This document shows, in pieces, positions 33,366-45,123 of a stretch of DNA of 64,000 nt (positions are counted from its first letter, which is position 1; every line of letters begins with the position of its first letter). This DNA is from Trypanosoma brucei (lineage: Eukaryota). The notes below the pieces were generated by a model. It had not been told where the DNA came from. It did no database searches and saw nothing but the letters and a program-made list of their open reading frames with translations. The stretch lies in contig CP000071.1 of the NCBI GenBank assembly GCA_000002445.1, positions 2,400,001-2,464,000 on the forward strand. The letters are read 5' to 3'. A program made the position numbers and the translations under genes.

Positions 33366-34751
33366 ATGACGAATCAATCCAGCGGGGGCAATGACAGGGG
33401 CCGTCGTGACACGGATCCTTTTGCTCACGCTGGTGATGTAAAATTATCTTCTGACGCTATTGCACTTGATGTAACTCAGAAAGGCCAGGATGATGTGGTA
33501 AAGGAAGTGAAACCCTCGCTTTTCGCCGTACTTCTTGAGAAGTTTATTCCCCATGGTGGATTGTGGTCCTGTGCCCTGAACCTGGCCTCTGCTACATTGG
33601 GTGCTGGCATTTGCTCACTTCCGACTGGTTTCAATTTGAGTGGGATTGTTATGTCCTGCATTTACCTTGTTTGCGTTGCGGTTGGCACGGTGTACTCTCT
33701 TAATCTTCTTGCAAAGGTTGCAGTGAAGACGGGATCGCGTAATTACGGAGAAGCTGCGCGGATGGTGATGGGTCCACTTACTGGTTACTACGCGGCAGCG
33801 CTTATGATAGCGATGTGCTTTGGAGGTAACGTTGCTTACATCATCATTATTGGTATCATTTTGAAGGCTGTGCTCAATCGTGATAGTGTTCCGGAATATT
33901 TGAAATCAGAAAGTGGTAATCGGCTAATGACATTCATGGTGTGGTTGGTGATTATCTTGCCTATGTGCATTCCCAAGCGGGTTAATTCATTGCGCCACTT
34001 ATCCTTTGTGGGTGTGATCGCTATTGCTTATTTCGCATTTTTCATTGTTGGCCATTCCATTAATAAGATCATTAATGAGGGTGTCGCTGATGACATCGTG
34101 TACATGCGCACTGGAAATAGCGCTTTAGATGGCTTATCACTATTTCTCTTCTCATTTATCTGCCAGTCGAACGCATTTGAAATATTCCGTGAGATGAAAC
34201 ACCGGTCGCCGCAACGCTTCACAATATATGGTATTGTGGGTGTTGTGATGTGTGCTGTGCTTTACTTCCTGGTTGGTTTATTTGGTTATTTGGAGTTTGG
34301 AGGGAAATCTGTTGACACAGTGCTGTCTCTATATGATCCAGGTGAGAATGTTGCCCTTGCAATTGCGTATATTGGAATTGCAATTAAAATAACAGTTGCT
34401 CATGCTCTACACTCTATTCCCATACGTGACGGTCTGTACCATTGTGTGGGTTGGCATGTTGATACTGTACCGTATTGGAAGCATGTTGTTGTGGTTGTAA
34501 CTATTAACTTTACCTCACTGATTATTGGACTCTTCATTCCGAAAGCATCCACTGTTTTTGGTCTCGTTGGTGCTTTCTGTGGTGGTCATATCGGACTTGT
34601 GTTGCCTCCGTTGTTCTACATGTACTCAGGTGGCTTCACGAGGGAAAAAGTTGGTAATATTGATTTCTTTGGCACTTATCTCCTTCTTTTTGTTGGTGTT
34701 GTGGCTGTTGTATTTGGCACGGTAACGACCATAGCCGGTGCACTGTCTTGA
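33366..34751 (+). CDS. Amino acid transporter of the AAT/AAAP family, type 2 copy
   Basis: ATG at 33366 (MTNQSSGGNDRGRRDTDPF...). It shares the conserved TM core with type 1 but differs at the N-terminus and in a central block (FIVGHS, ADDIVY, IVGVVMCAVLY, VALAIAYIGIAIKITVAHALHSIPIRDGLYHCVGW, VVVVVTINFTSLIIG). It also has a distinct C-terminus (TVTTIAGALS). Confidence 0.85.
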   Translation: MTNQSSGGNDRGRRDTDPFAHAGDVKLSSDAIALDVTQKGQDDVVKEVKPSLFAVLLEKFIPHGGLWSCALNLASATLGAGICSLPTGFNLSGIVMSCIYLVCVAVGTVYSLNLLAKVAVKTGSRNYGEAARMVMGPLTGYYAAALMIAMCFGGNVAYIIIIGIILKAVLNRDSVPEYLKSESGNRLMTFMVWLVIILPMCIPKRVNSLRHLSFVGVIAIAYFAFFIVGHSINKIINEGVADDIVYMRTGNSALDGLSLFLFSFICQSNAFEIFREMKHRSPQRFTIYGIVGVVMCAVLYFLVGLFGYLEFGGKSVDTVLSLYDPGENVALAIAYIGIAIKITVAHALHSIPIRDGLYHCVGWHVDTVPYWKHVVVVVTINFTSLIIGLFIPKASTVFGLVGAFCGGHIGLVLPPLFYMYSGGFTREKVGNIDFFGTYLLLFVGVVAVVFGTVTTIAGALS

Positions 34752-35229
34752 CACATTAGATTGCAAATGGAGCGTCTATGGATGTTTAACCTTTATGAAT
34801 CCTCCTGTAGGAATTTGTGTGTGTAAATGAGAATTTCTTGATTCAATAAATAATTCTTTTGATAGAACCAAAAAAAGTAGTAATTAATTAAATGTGGTAA
34901 ATATCTTTTCTTATATTTTTGTTTTCATTCCTTTGGCTGCCTGCACGGCGTCGGTAATAATTGTAATTTGTACCGGTGCTGTTGGGACAGGTTGGTAGTT
35001 TGGCCTCCAGCTCAACCTGTAAGGGTGAGGGGGAATAGCCATGGTGATGGCATTAATTTTAACTTAAGGAGAAAGGGACCAACTGAGCATAAAGGGCAAC
35101 TTTAAGGAAATATATAAGGTTTAGGCAATATATACACGCAGGTATGTCTTGGGTGTAGAAACCCATGTGACTTATTTGCGTGACGTTTTTGCTTTCATTT
35201 TTCATTTTTTTTTTTTGGAAACCCTGCGT

Positions 35230-38200
35230 TACCAATGGTTTTGGATATGGGATTACATGGTATTATTTTGTACGAATTTCCTTATATAAATACACTGTCT
35301 TCTCCAATATTTTACAGCTGCCTGCCAGAGGGTGTAAGTTCTAGAAAGAAAAAAATATGTTTTATGATATCAAAGATGCTGCCTCATACACGATCGATTT
35401 TCAGAGAGAGAGGGTAATAAATGTCACGGCTTTTATGGAATCTGTTCGCCAAAAGGGACCAGCATCTTTTTCTTTCGACTTTGAACCAGTACAGAACCCG
35501 AGGGATGCATACCACGTGGATGGAATTCTGACAATCGAGGATGAAAACCCTAATGGTGTTTACTTTGACCGCGAACAGAAAATGGATCTGGGATCGCTGA
35601 GGCAATTGATGGTAAGTTTTGTGTTGCCTAGAAACTCAGATTTCCTAAAGGCTTTTTGAAGAGGCGAGAGAAGCAATGAATTTGGGGGCTTTAATATTTC
35701 CCTACCTATACTCCACCACAAGGGAAAAAACCAACACAACGGAGAAAGTTACACTGGAGGACGGTAACAACTACTACTACTCCTACCCTTTGTCCGCCAA
35801 TGAGTTACCCGACACGGACGGGAATAGTACGACCCTTACGCGCAGAAAAGTCGACAGCAGCTCAACGTATGAGAGGAGCCTTTCAAGAGATCTGGGAAAT
35901 GTCAAATGGAAATTAAAAACATGCAACAAGGTGGTCGTCGGTGAACGACGTCAAGGTTATTCTAGCTTCTACGCACGATTCGTATATTGTGACACTGGTT
36001 TCAGAAGAAAACAAAGTAGCAAAAAGGATGTGGACACACACAACTTGGGACAAACAGAAAGGGTCCATAATCCGAAGGTTCTATGCGTTTGCAGACAAAC
36101 ACGGACTACCGGCTGTCGAAACGACAATCCCCTTGTTTATTGTAAGTTTGCAACTGGCAAAGAGCACCACCATACAGTACACAAGGACACTACTATCATT
36201 ACTAGCCGCAGAGCATACACCAGCGCGAATGTATTTGTAGCCGGACTATGCAGAATGACAGGGGGAAATACCATAAAACAGGCTTGACCCATGTTGCGTT
36301 GGGAGCTCGATCTCGTATGCGACACTTTAACACTGGAGCGGGATCGAGTAGCTTTAAGACTATCCTGAATCACAGCTAGCAGATGGGGAGAAATAGCAGA
36401 GCTACAACAAGAGAATTTTGTGCTCCATCCACAAGACAAAAAAGATGATGCCATAGTGGTAAACTGAGGAGCACTCCCAAAGACATTCAAAAGCGACACA
36501 CACAGAACCGCGAAGTATGTGGTGATAAGCGGAGAAGATGCAGGAAGGATCCGAAGGGTAATCAGGGAAATGGAGGGTAGTGAAAAGCTCATAGCCATTA
36601 CAACGAAGGGAATGGAAACAATATTCTGCCCATTTGGGGTGACTGCACATTCAATAAAGAGAGGGGCTTTGGCACACCCAGAGTTGGCATTAGTGGCGTA
36701 AAAACACACGCCCTCGATTCAATATTATTAACACAATTGGGAAAGCACACAAACCCTCAGGAGCTTCCTCGAAGCACGGTAGGACGCTATCTGTGTCTAT
36801 GGACCGCCACCATCAACAAGTCGGAGTTGCGCATGACTGTGCTGATGTAAAACCCCTGAAAAGGGGAAAAACAGATTTACCATGGGATATGCCAGATAAT
36901 TCCCGCCAAGCAGGGATAGCTTTAGTAACCAGGAGTAAAACATTTTCAAGGGCATAGCATCACACGACGTTCGCAAGGACCACGGGTGGCGTCTAAGGAA
37001 GAAGAGATGACATTGCCTCTTCAGGAAGTAAATGTGGGCACATTGTATTTAGAACGGGTACGAAGACGAATGAAGGAGGAGACGCGGCAACGGTTTGAGA
37101 AGGTATGGAACTTGAAGATTGCCACAGAAGGAAAATCGAAAGAAAGAGACAGGGAGTCACATTTGCGGATTGCGGAAAAAGACGCTGTAATCATAAAAGA
37201 AGCAGGTGTTATAAGCCAACCTTCGGATCTTCCTACAAAGGGATGGGTCATACCTTTTTCAGTTGTGGAGTAGAAGTCGGCAGGAAAAAGACGCCGATTT
37301 ATTGCTTGGTCCAAGGTAAAAAATGCCAAAAATGATTACGAGGCCGAAGTCCCGTTGGGATATATATCCCAATATCTAAGTGCAGTTTATGATGAATCCG
37401 CAGGGTTGTTTGATTTAAAGGCTTCTTTTTTTCCGGATGAACATGCCACAAAAGACATTTGAGTGTGTCTCCGCTGTTGCACAGAAAAGTGGGGAACTCG
37501 TAGAATTGAATCAACTCCAATTGGTTAATAAATGAAGTCATGAAATTGTAAAGACATCACGAGAGTTTTGGCAGGAGATCCTGGGGCAGCGAAACCACAA
37601 TATGCGGCCACCAACGAATTGAGGGCGCACACATGGATCGACAACATCCGTATCAGTAGACCACACAAAACGGTCAAGGAATGGGGGGACCACATTGCTA
37701 AAAATATGAAAGAGTGCGGAGTAAATGTTGATGAGCAAAGAAATGGCAACACGTTACGAATTTATCGGGTTTTTATTTGAGCATGACAAACAGACGGTTT
37801 TGTTGAATGCAAAGACAATGCGGCGGATTCGAGAATCGGCTCCACTCGAGGTAGCGACCATACAACAGATGGAGAGAGTTGTATTCTGCATGATATATGC
37901 GGCTGGGGTTAGGGGAGAACCACTTTTTTCTTACTATACTTTCTTTTAAATGATGCGTTGGCGTTTATCTCGCCTAAATATGGGTTTGGTAAACCCCTCC
38001 GATTTGGTTTTTCTGCCAAAAAGTGTATTGAAGCTGGAGAAGCAGTGGATGAGCGAGTTGTTGAAAAATGTGCCAGTGGTTCCACCACAGGCTCAGCCCA
38101 CTACGGCCACGCTGGTGACAGATGCCTCCGTGCAGGGATGGGGAGGGATGTCATTTAAAGGTACAGGAGAGATTATAATAGCAGGAGGCTCCTGGGAAAC

Positions 38201-38560
38201 GGCACCTCATATGATATCATAAGGAGAAGTGCGAGCGATTCAATTCGCATTGTTAGCGATTCGGGGGCGTTTCGATGGGCCATTGCACATATGTGTGGAT
38301 AACACTGCTGTAATGCATATTATGAGAAAAGGCAACACGCATTCAAGCGCCCTAGTGCGATAGGCATCTGCAAAAAACAGGATATTACGACAAGAACGGA
38401 TAAGTGCCATATGGAGCTACGTACATTCCGGGATAAATCCGGCCGATGGGGCGTCTCGAGGGTTACTTGCCATGGGGTAGGACTTAGCGAAGGAAAGCGC
38501 GGGAGGCGGGATGAGAACGCTTTCAGCTCTTCCACATAGTTAGTAAATTATCGTTTAAGA
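35230..38560 (+). mobile_element. Degenerate retrotransposon remnant with an LTR/DIRS-type RT-RNase H (VIPER-like), interrupted by frameshifts and stops
   Basis: Several motifs sit in neighbouring broken + strand frames. There is an RT motif-C-like HTWIDNIRIS with downstream VKEWGDHIAKNMKECGVNVDEQ (about 37630-37740). The RT thumb reads YEFIGFLFEHDKQTVLLNAKTMRRIRESAPLEVATIQQMERVVFCMIYAAG (about 37750-37900). RNase H has TDASVQGWGG (D at about 38121), then GEVRAIQFALLAI...ICVDNTAV...HSGINPADGASRG (about 38220-38460) with one in-frame stop. The element lies exactly between the two AAT array copies. Confidence 0.55.
37300..38480 (+). pseudogene. Reverse transcriptase-RNase H pseudogene of the retroelement
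   Basis: The RT and RNase H motifs run across three short ORFs (37568-37780, 37725-37949, 37950-38222) plus a stop-containing continuation. The catalytic D, E, D and D of RNase H are retained in order. The HxxGxxNxxADxxSR terminal motif is typical of LTR/gypsy/DIRS RNase H, not of non-LTR elements. Confidence 0.5.
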
Positions 38561-39464
38561 TCATAGTTTGTGTAGGATGATGAGGAACGCTTACTGTTTC
38601 TTCAGCATGATAGTTATTTCCTATATATATATTTCTATGAAGTAAAGGGAAGGTGAACACAAAGCTATTCGGTTTTCAGTTGAAAAAATAAATGTATTGT
38701 ATTAAGGTTCTTTTCGGATACTGTGATGACGTATGTTTTTCCCTCCTTGTGCTAAATTTCTTTTTCGCTGGTATTCCTCTTTCCATAGATTCGTGGCTTC
38801 CTACCGTTTGGAACGATTACGGACCCCTACACACAATAAGTAAATTTCTTATATATTTCCTTTATATATTTCCTTTATATATATTCTTTATATATTTGTT
38901 TTTGATTTCTTTGGAGTTTTTAAGTCTATTTCTCGTTTGTTTTTTTGTATTCCTGTCTCGCATTTGCCATGTTGTCATTATGTCTGTAACCGAGATTGTC
39001 GTCGAGTGATGCCTATACATGCGCCCTAATTTCTGCCACACATTCTACTAATTTTGTTGTTTCGTTCCTTCTCTTATCCTTATTGCTTCAGGGTTTGTGT
39101 AGGTAAAGAAGTGCCATGACGTGATGTGTATTGGCTGCGTGTATTTGAAGCCAGACGCTGGTGAAGACTGACAGCTTATAGTCGGTAAGAACTGTTAGTT
39201 TACTATACGTGTGGGTTAACAGTAACCATCCCCTCCTTCTGTTGCCGTTTCATGGTTCGATGGCGTAGAGAAATTAACTGTGCGTTGTTATACTGACAGT
39301 GCTTCTATTGTTGCAGTGGGATTTTGTTTTCTTGCGATGTGAGCAGCATTACACTTTGCTGCTTTCCCTTTTTCCAATGCACATGTTCACCTTTCGTGTT
39401 TAATTGCTTGTTATCACAATTCCAATAGGTTAGGTCACATTATTCCTTGCGTAGTGGAAGTGAG

Positions 39465-40847
39465 ATGCGAGCCACCAAAAAGCATCCGAATGATGGAAAG
39501 GGAGCCACTACCGATCCATTTGTTGACGGCAGCGATCCAATTCCTTCTGAGGTCGCTGCTTTCGATCCTTCGCAGCAGGAGCATGTTGATGTGGTAAAGG
39601 AAGTGAAACCCTCGCTTTTCACCGTACTTCTTGAGAAGTTTATTCCCCATGGTGGATTGTGGTCCTGTGCCCTGAACCTGGCCTCTGCTACATTGGGTGC
39701 TGGCATTTGCTCACTGCCTGCAGGTTTCAATTTGAGTGGGATTGTTATGTCCTGCATTTACCTTGTTTGCGTTGCGGTTGGCACGGTGTACTCTCTTAAT
39801 CTTCTTGCAAAGGTTGCAGTGAAGACGGGATCGCGTAATTACGGAGAAGCTGCCAAAGCAGTGATGGGTCCACTTGCTGGTTACTACACGGCAGCGCTTA
39901 TGATAGTGATGTGCTTTGGCGGCTCCGTTGCTTACATCATCATTATTGGTATCATTTTGAAGGCTGTGCTCAATCGTGATGGTGTTCCGGAATATTTGAA
40001 ATCAGAGAGTGGTAATCGGCTAATGACATCCATGGTGTGGTTGGTGATTATCTTGCCTATGTGCATTCCCAAGCAGGTTAATTCATTGCGCCACTTATCC
40101 TTTGTGGGTGTGATGTTTATTGTGTATTTTTCATGTGTTGTTATTGGCCATTCCATTAATAAGATCATTAATGAGGGTGTCGCTGATGGCATCGTGTACA
40201 TGCGCACTGGAAATAGCGCTTTAGATGGCTTATCACTATTTCTCTTCTCATTTATCTGCCAGCCGAACGCATTTGAAATATTCCGTGAGATGAAACACCG
40301 GTCGCCGCAACGCTTCACAATATATGGTACTGTCGGCATGTCAATGTGTGCTGTGCTTTACTTCCTGGTTGGTTTATTTGGTTATTTGGAGTTTGGAGGG
40401 GATGCCATTGACACAGTGCTGTCTCTATATGATCCAGGTGAGAATGTTGCCGTTGCAATTGCGTACATTGGGGTTGCTGCCAAGGTTTGTGTTGCCTTTG
40501 CTTTGCACATCATACCAATGCGTGATGCGCTGTACCATTGTACGGGTTGGCATGTTGATACTGTACCGTACTGGAAGCATTCCCTTATTGTGACGTCTAT
40601 TACTTTAGCGGCTCTACTAATGGGACTCTTCATTCCGAAAGCATCCACTGTTTTTGGTCTCGTTGGTGCTTTCTGTGGTGGTCATATCGGACTTGTGTTG
40701 CCTCCGTTGTTCTACATGTACTCAGGTGGCTTCACGAGGGAAAAAGTTGGTAATATTGATTTCTTTGGCACTTATCTCCTTCTTTTTGTTGGTGTTGTGG
40801 CTGTTGTATTTGGCACGGTTTCAACAATATACAACACGGTGCCGTAG
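39465..40847 (+). CDS. Amino acid transporter of the AAT/AAAP family, type 1 copy
   Basis: The TTG start listed at 39447 was moved to the ATG at 39465. It differs from the 31226 copy by only a few substitutions (e.g. L to S in FDPSQQ, A to T in LFTVLL). Confidence 0.85.
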   Translation: MRATKKHPNDGKGATTDPFVDGSDPIPSEVAAFDPSQQEHVDVVKEVKPSLFTVLLEKFIPHGGLWSCALNLASATLGAGICSLPAGFNLSGIVMSCIYLVCVAVGTVYSLNLLAKVAVKTGSRNYGEAAKAVMGPLAGYYTAALMIVMCFGGSVAYIIIIGIILKAVLNRDGVPEYLKSESGNRLMTSMVWLVIILPMCIPKQVNSLRHLSFVGVMFIVYFSCVVIGHSINKIINEGVADGIVYMRTGNSALDGLSLFLFSFICQPNAFEIFREMKHRSPQRFTIYGTVGMSMCAVLYFLVGLFGYLEFGGDAIDTVLSLYDPGENVAVAIAYIGVAAKVCVAFALHIIPMRDALYHCTGWHVDTVPYWKHSLIVTSITLAALLMGLFIPKASTVFGLVGAFCGGHIGLVLPPLFYMYSGGFTREKVGNIDFFGTYLLLFVGVVAVVFGTVSTIYNTVP

Positions 40848-41604
40848 TATGATGATGATTTCTACGCGAGTATGTTCTTGGTGCACACATACTTTATTTT
40901 TTATCCATAGGTATTGCTTGTGTATATCCACATGCGCAAATATATATTTATATATTTGTACCGTGTAATATTTAATGGGTTGTGATTTCTTTCATTTTCT
41001 TTGCAGTAGCAATATTTCTATGGATCTTCATCTTTCGGTTGCTCCCACATCTTGTCAGTGATTTATCACTATTATTACATTCTTTTGTGAAAATTATATA
41101 TGTCGTTTCTTTATGATAACTGAATCCAGTTATTCATTTGTCGTACTCCCTTTTGTTTCCATTTTCCCCAAAAGGAGAGAGCACACACAACGGTTGGCGT
41201 CCCTTTCCACACTTGTTGTTATTGTTATCATTATTATCGGGGTAAACTTAGCATTATTCCTCCCCTAGTGTCACTGCTGCTGTCAACTGGGTTATTGTTG
41301 TATCTCTTCTCTTTTGTCAGTCTTAGTGATTCAACTGTTGGAGGAAAAGATCAGGGGCAAGACGTTGTGGTAACGTGTAACGAGATCGGATATCTGTGTT
41401 TGAGTTACTGGTTCCGTTTTTTGTTTGCAGTACACATCTCTTTGTCTGTCGACTTCCTATTGACTTCCAGCACTTTGTATAGAGTTTGCTACAGATGTAT
41501 TTATTATCTTCTTTCTGGTATGTCTTTCAAAATCTCTTCGTTTTCACTTGGATGTTATATTACTATCTTGAAGCGTAAGGTTCGTATCATAATACGCTAC
41601 CAAT

Positions 41605-42990
41605 ATGACGAATCAATCCAGCGGGGGCAATGACAGGGGCCGTCGTGACACGGATCCTTTTGCTCACGCTGGTGATGTAAAATTATCTTCTGACGCTATT
41701 GCACTTGATGTAACTCAGAAAGGCCAGGATGATGTGGTAAAGGAAGTGAAACCCTCGCTTTTCACCGTACTTCTTGAGAAGTTTATTCCCCATGGTGGAT
41801 TGTGGTCCTGTGCCCTGAACCTGGCCTCTGCTACATTGGGTGCTGGCATTTGCTCACTTCCGACTGGTTTCAATTTGAGTGGGATTGTTATGTCCTGCAT
41901 TTACCTTGTTTGCGTTGCGGTTGGCACGGTGTACTCTCTTAATCTTCTTGCAAAGGTTGCAGTGAAGACGGGATCGCGTAATTACGGAGAAGCTGCGCGG
42001 ATGGTGATGGGTCCACTTACTGGTTACTACGCGGCAGCGCTTATGATAGCGATGTGCTTTGGAGGTAACGTTGCTTACATCATCATTATTGGTATCATTT
42101 TGAAGGCTGTGCTCAATCGTGATGGTGTTCCGGAATATTTGAAATCAGAAAGTGGTAATCGGCTAATGACATCCATGGTGTGGTTGGTGATTATCTTGCC
42201 TATGTGCATTCCCAAGCAGGTTAATTCATTGCGCCACTTATCCTTTGTGGGTGTGATGTTTATTGTGTATTTTTCATGTGTTGTTATTGGCCATTCCATT
42301 AATAAGATCATTAATGAGGGTGTCGCTGATGGCATCGTGTACATGCGCACTGGAAATAGCGCTTTAGATGGCTTATCACTATTTCTCTTCTCATTTATCT
42401 GCCAGTCGAACGCATTTGAAATATTCCGTGAGATGAAACACCGGTCGCCGCAACGCTTCACAATATATGGTACTGTCGGCATGTCAATATGTGCTGTGCT
42501 TTACTTCCTGGTTGGTTTATTTGGTTATTTGGAGTTTGGAGGGGATGCCATTGACACAGTGCTGTCTCTATATGATCCAGGTGAGAATGTTGCCCTTGCA
42601 ATTGCGTACATTGGGGTTGCAATTAAAATAACAGTTGCTCATGCTCTACACGCTATTCCCATACGTGACGGTCTGTACCATTGTGTGGGTTGGCATGTTG
42701 ATACTGTACCGTATTGGAAGCATGTTGTTGTGGTTGTAACTATTAACTTTACCTCACTGATTATTGGACTCTTCATTCCGAAAGCATCCACTGTTTTTGG
42801 TCTCGTTGGTGCTTTCTGTGGTGGTCATATCGGACTTGTGTTGCCTCCGTTGTTCTACATGTACTCAGGTGGCTTCACGAGGGAAAAAGTTGGTAATATT
42901 GATTTCTTTGGCGCTTATCTCCTTCTTTTTGTTGGTGTTGTGGCTGTTGTATTTGGCACGGTTTCAACAATATACAACACGGTGCCGTAG
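41605..42990 (+). CDS. Amino acid transporter of the AAT/AAAP family, a type 2/type 1 mosaic
   Basis: ATG at 41605. The N-terminus and the block VALAIAYIGVAIKITVAHALHAIPIRDGLYHCVGW...VVVVVTINFTSLIIG are type 2. The central region (MTSMVW...FIVYFSCVVIGHS...ADGIVY...TVGMSICAVLY...GDAIDTV) is type 1. The C-terminus TVSTIYNTVP and the 3' flank are also type 1. Confidence 0.8.
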   Translation: MTNQSSGGNDRGRRDTDPFAHAGDVKLSSDAIALDVTQKGQDDVVKEVKPSLFTVLLEKFIPHGGLWSCALNLASATLGAGICSLPTGFNLSGIVMSCIYLVCVAVGTVYSLNLLAKVAVKTGSRNYGEAARMVMGPLTGYYAAALMIAMCFGGNVAYIIIIGIILKAVLNRDGVPEYLKSESGNRLMTSMVWLVIILPMCIPKQVNSLRHLSFVGVMFIVYFSCVVIGHSINKIINEGVADGIVYMRTGNSALDGLSLFLFSFICQSNAFEIFREMKHRSPQRFTIYGTVGMSICAVLYFLVGLFGYLEFGGDAIDTVLSLYDPGENVALAIAYIGVAIKITVAHALHAIPIRDGLYHCVGWHVDTVPYWKHVVVVVTINFTSLIIGLFIPKASTVFGLVGAFCGGHIGLVLPPLFYMYSGGFTREKVGNIDFFGAYLLLFVGVVAVVFGTVSTIYNTVP

Positions 42991-43740
42991 TATGATGATG
43001 ATTTCTACGCGGGTATGTTCTTGGTGTACACATACTTTATTTCTAGGTATTGCTTGTGTATATCCACATGCGCAAATATTTATTTATATATTTGTACCGT
43101 GTAATATTTAATGGGCTGTGATTTCTTTCATTTTCTTTGCAGTAGCAATATTTCTATGGATCTTCATCTTTCAGTTGCTCCCACATCTTGTCAGTGATTT
43201 ATCACTATTATTACATTCTTTTGTGAAAATTATATATGTCGTTTCTTTATGATAACTGAATCCAGTTATTCCTTTGTCGTACTCCCTTTTGTTTCCATTT
43301 TCCCCAAAAGGAGAGAGCACACACAACGGTTGGCGTCCCTTTCCACACTTGTTGTTATTGTTATCATTATTATCGGGGTAAACTTAGCATTATTCCTCCC
43401 CTAGTGTCACTGCTGCTGTCAACTGGGTTATTGTTGTATCTCTTCTCTTTTGTCAGTCTTAGTGATTCAACTGTTGGAGGAAAAGATCAGGGGCAAGACG
43501 TTGTGGTAACGTGTAACGAGATCGGATATCTGTGTTTGAGTTACTGGTTCCGTTTTTTGTTTGCAGTACACATCTCTTTGTTTGTCGACTTCCTATTGAC
43601 TTCCAGCACTTTGTATAGAGTTTGCTGCAGATGTATTTATTATCTTCTTTCTGGTATGTCTTTCAAAATCTCTTCGTTTTCACTTGGATGTTATATTACT
43701 ATCTTGAAGCGTAAGGTTCGTATCATAATACGCTACCAAT

Positions 43741-45123
43741 ATGACGAATCAATCCAGCGGGGGCAATGACAGGGGCCGTCGTGACACGGATCCTTTTGCT
43801 CACGCTGGTGATGTAAAATTATCTTCTGACGCTATTGCACTTGATGTAACTCAGAAAGGCCAGGATGATGTGGTAAAGGAAGTGAAACCCTCGCTTTTCA
43901 CCGTACTTCTTGAGAAGTTTATTCCCCATGGTGGATTGTGGTCCTGTGCCCTGAACCTGGCCTCTGCTACATTGGGTGCTGGCATTTGCTCACTTCCGAC
44001 TGGTTTCAATTTGAGTGGGATTGTTATGTCCTGCATTTACCTTGTTTGCGTTGCGGTTGGCACGGTGTACTCTCTTAATCTTCTTGCAAAGGTTGCAGTG
44101 AAGACGGGATCGCGTAATTACGGAGAAGCTGCGCGGATGGTGATGGGTCCACTTGCTGGCTACTACGCGGCAGCGCTTATGATAGCGATGTGCTTTGGAG
44201 GTAACGTTGCTTACATCATCATTATTGGTATCATTTTGAGAGCTCTATTTAGTCGTGATGGTGTTCCGGAATATTTGAAATCAGAGAGTGGTAATCGGCT
44301 AATGACATCCATGGTGTGGTTGGTGATTATCTTGCCTATGTGCATTCCCAAGCAGGTTAATTCATTGCGCCACTTATCCTTTGTGGGTGTGATGTTTATT
44401 GTGTATTTTTCATGTGTTGTTATTGGCCATTCCATTAATAAGATCATTAATGAGGGTGTCGCTGATGGCATCGTGTACATGCGCACTGGAAATAGCGCTT
44501 TAGATGGCTTATCACTATTTCTCTTCTCATTTATCTGCCAGTCGAACGCATTTGAAATATTCCGTGAGATGAAACACCGGTCGCCGCAACGCTTCACAAT
44601 ATATGGTACTGTCGGCATGTCAATGTGTGCTGTGCTTTACTTCCTGGTTGGTTTATTTGGTTATTTGGAGTTTGGAGGGGATGCCATTGACACAGTGCTG
44701 TCTCTATATGATCCAGGTGAGAATGTTGCCGTTGCAATTGCGTACATTGGGGTTGCTGCCAAGGTTTGTGTTGCCTTTGCTTTGCACATCATACCAATGC
44801 GTGATGCGCTGTACCATTGTACGGGTTGGCATGTTGATACTGTACCTTACTGGAAGCATTCCCTTATTGTGACGTCTATTACTTTAGCGGCTCTACTAGT
44901 GGGACTCTTCATTCCGAAAGCATCCACTGTTTTTGGTCTCGTTGGTGCTTTCTGTGGTGGTCATATCGGACTTGTGTTGCCTCCGTTGTTCTACATGTAC
45001 TCAGGTGGCTTCACGAGGGAAAAAGTTGGTAATATTGATTTCTTTGGTACTTATCTCCTTCTTTTTGTTGGTGTTGTGGCTGTTGTACTTGGTACTGGAT
45101 CGGCAGTATATTATGCTGTGTAG
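43741..45123 (+). CDS. Amino acid transporter of the AAT/AAAP family, a type 2/type 1 mosaic with a unique 3' end
   Basis: ATG at 43741. The first 150 aa or so are type 2. There is a unique ILRALFSRDGV segment. The remainder is type 1 (VAVAIAYIGVAAKVCVAFALHIIPMRDALYHCTGW, SLIVTSITLAALL). The last 16 aa (VVAVVLGTGSAVYYAV) match neither type. Confidence 0.8.
   Translation: MTNQSSGGNDRGRRDTDPFAHAGDVKLSSDAIALDVTQKGQDDVVKEVKPSLFTVLLEKFIPHGGLWSCALNLASATLGAGICSLPTGFNLSGIVMSCIYLVCVAVGTVYSLNLLAKVAVKTGSRNYGEAARMVMGPLAGYYAAALMIAMCFGGNVAYIIIIGIILRALFSRDGVPEYLKSESGNRLMTSMVWLVIILPMCIPKQVNSLRHLSFVGVMFIVYFSCVVIGHSINKIINEGVADGIVYMRTGNSALDGLSLFLFSFICQSNAFEIFREMKHRSPQRFTIYGTVGMSMCAVLYFLVGLFGYLEFGGDAIDTVLSLYDPGENVAVAIAYIGVAAKVCVAFALHIIPMRDALYHCTGWHVDTVPYWKHSLIVTSITLAALLVGLFIPKASTVFGLVGAFCGGHIGLVLPPLFYMYSGGFTREKVGNIDFFGTYLLLFVGVVAVVLGTGSAVYYAV

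Larger units (their letters stand above)
30777..34751 (+). repeat. Segmental duplication copy 1, covering the array upstream element plus transporter genes of type 1 and type 2
   Basis: The sequence atacatgcgccctaatttctgccacacattctactaattttgttg... at 30777 recurs at 39007 and at 45595. Positions 30777-33366 are near-identical to 39007-41605, including the 758-bp intergenic spacer. Confidence 0.85.
39007..42990 (+). repeat. Segmental duplication copy 2 of the transporter unit
   Basis: Near-identical to 30777-34751 through the type-1 gene and the spacer. The second gene diverges by mosaicism. Confidence 0.85.

Noticed and set aside
36137-36709. 190-aa minus-strand ORF inside the retroelement remnant
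   Set aside because: It has no recognisable motif. The RT/RH motifs of the element are on the + strand, so this is most likely an antisense chance ORF.
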